From the NCBI GenBank assembly GCA_947492885.1, contig CANLPK010000001.1, positions 36,852-100,851 on the forward strand: DNA of 64,000 nt. Direction: 5' to 3'. Below are positions 63,573 through 64,000 of the stretch, piece by piece. This DNA is from Bacteroidota bacterium. Its GTDB lineage: Bacteria; Bacteroidota; Bacteroidia; UKL13-3. A model generated the notes under the pieces. That model was given only the letters and a program-made list of their open reading frames with translations. It did not search any database and was not told the DNA's origin. Position 1 is the stretch's first letter. Each line of letters opens with the position of its first letter. Made by a program: the position numbers and the translations under genes.

Positions 63573-64000
63573 ATTTTGTAAGCTGTTTCGCGCTTCACTT
63601 CTTTGAGTACAATATTGCTATGGTACTGACCGATATTGGGAATATTAGAGATGACATTCACCACAAAATCGTTGTAGGCATTGATATCCTGCGCAACAAT
63701 TTTGAGCATATAATCGTAGGTGCCAGAGATACTAATCACTTCCAAAACTTCTGGCATTTTGAGTACCGCGCTTTCAAAACTCATCAATGCTTTTTTCGAT
63801 TGTTCTTTCAGCACGATATTGCAATAAACGAGTAGATTCAATCCCACCTTTTCGCGATTCACGAGCGCCACATATTTGGTAATCACCCCTTCCTGTTCCA
63901 ATCGTTTCAAGCGTTCGTAAGTAGGCGTGGTAGATAAGCCAATACGTTCGCCAATATCTTTCACGGCAATAGTAGAATCCTTTTGAAGGATATTCAAAAT
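63569..64000 (-). CDS. Lrp/AsnC family transcriptional regulator (N-terminus cut by the window edge)
   Basis: HTH segment (IAVKDIGERIGLSTTPTYERLKRLEQEGVI) followed by an RAM/AsnC_trans_reg domain. The frame is still open at 64000. It is convergent with argH, and the two genes overlap by 4 nt (63569-63572). Confidence 0.85.
   Translation of the reverse strand: MLNILQKDSTIAVKDIGERIGLSTTPTYERLKRLEQEGVITKYVALVNREKVGLNLLVYCNIVLKEQSKKALMSFESAVLKMPEVLEVISISGTYDYMLKIVAQDINAYNDFVVNVISNIPNIGQYHSNIVLKEVKRETAYKI

Noticed and set aside
1-64000. Looked for tRNA, rRNA, tmRNA, integrase or att-like signatures that would mark a genomic island.
   Set aside because: I found no T-loop-type GGTTCGAATCC-like motifs, no rRNA-like segments and no tyrosine/serine recombinase ORFs. 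The only mobile-element-related gene is the RAYT-like HUH protein.

Overview
This is an AT-rich chromosomal segment that reads as Bacteroidota. The evidence is many T9SS C-terminal sorting domains of both type A and type B, a Rho factor with a long low-complexity N-terminal insertion, a GNAT-argG-argC-argD-argF'-argB-argE-argH cluster, and TAnnTTTG-type -7 boxes. I support about 47 protein-coding genes and saw no rRNA, tRNA or CRISPR array. Housekeeping genes include rRNA m5C methyltransferase, uvrB, polyprenyl synthase, zapA, rny, recN, dtd, pdxJ, rho, plsC-like, rarA, a DbpA-like helicase and the arginine operon. These are interspersed with accessory blocks of exported proteins: a tightly packed minus-strand operon at 6.1-10.7 kb, two giant beta-propeller/adhesin-like T9SS proteins, a tandem pair of PL6-like beta-helix lyases, and an exported WD40-caspase fusion. 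The strongest structure not explained by genes is at 11.06-12.15 kb. There a lone HUH/Y1 (IS200-like, RAYT-type) gene is flanked by two inverted head+hairpin modules on the left and eight direct ones on the right, the latter arranged as four ~126-bp tandem units in an A-B-A-B pattern ending 1 nt from the uvrB stop codon. I could not support a clear-cut novel multi-gene system (defence, secretion machine or biosynthetic cluster) from sequence alone. The candidates most worth follow-up are the RAYT/REP-like locus, the signal-peptide-bearing WD40-caspase protein with its exported neighbours, and the function-unknown secreted-protein operon at 6.1-10.7 kb. Several ORF-track N-termini begin at TTG and were trimmed to downstream ATGs. 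Two genes appear to need non-ATG starts.
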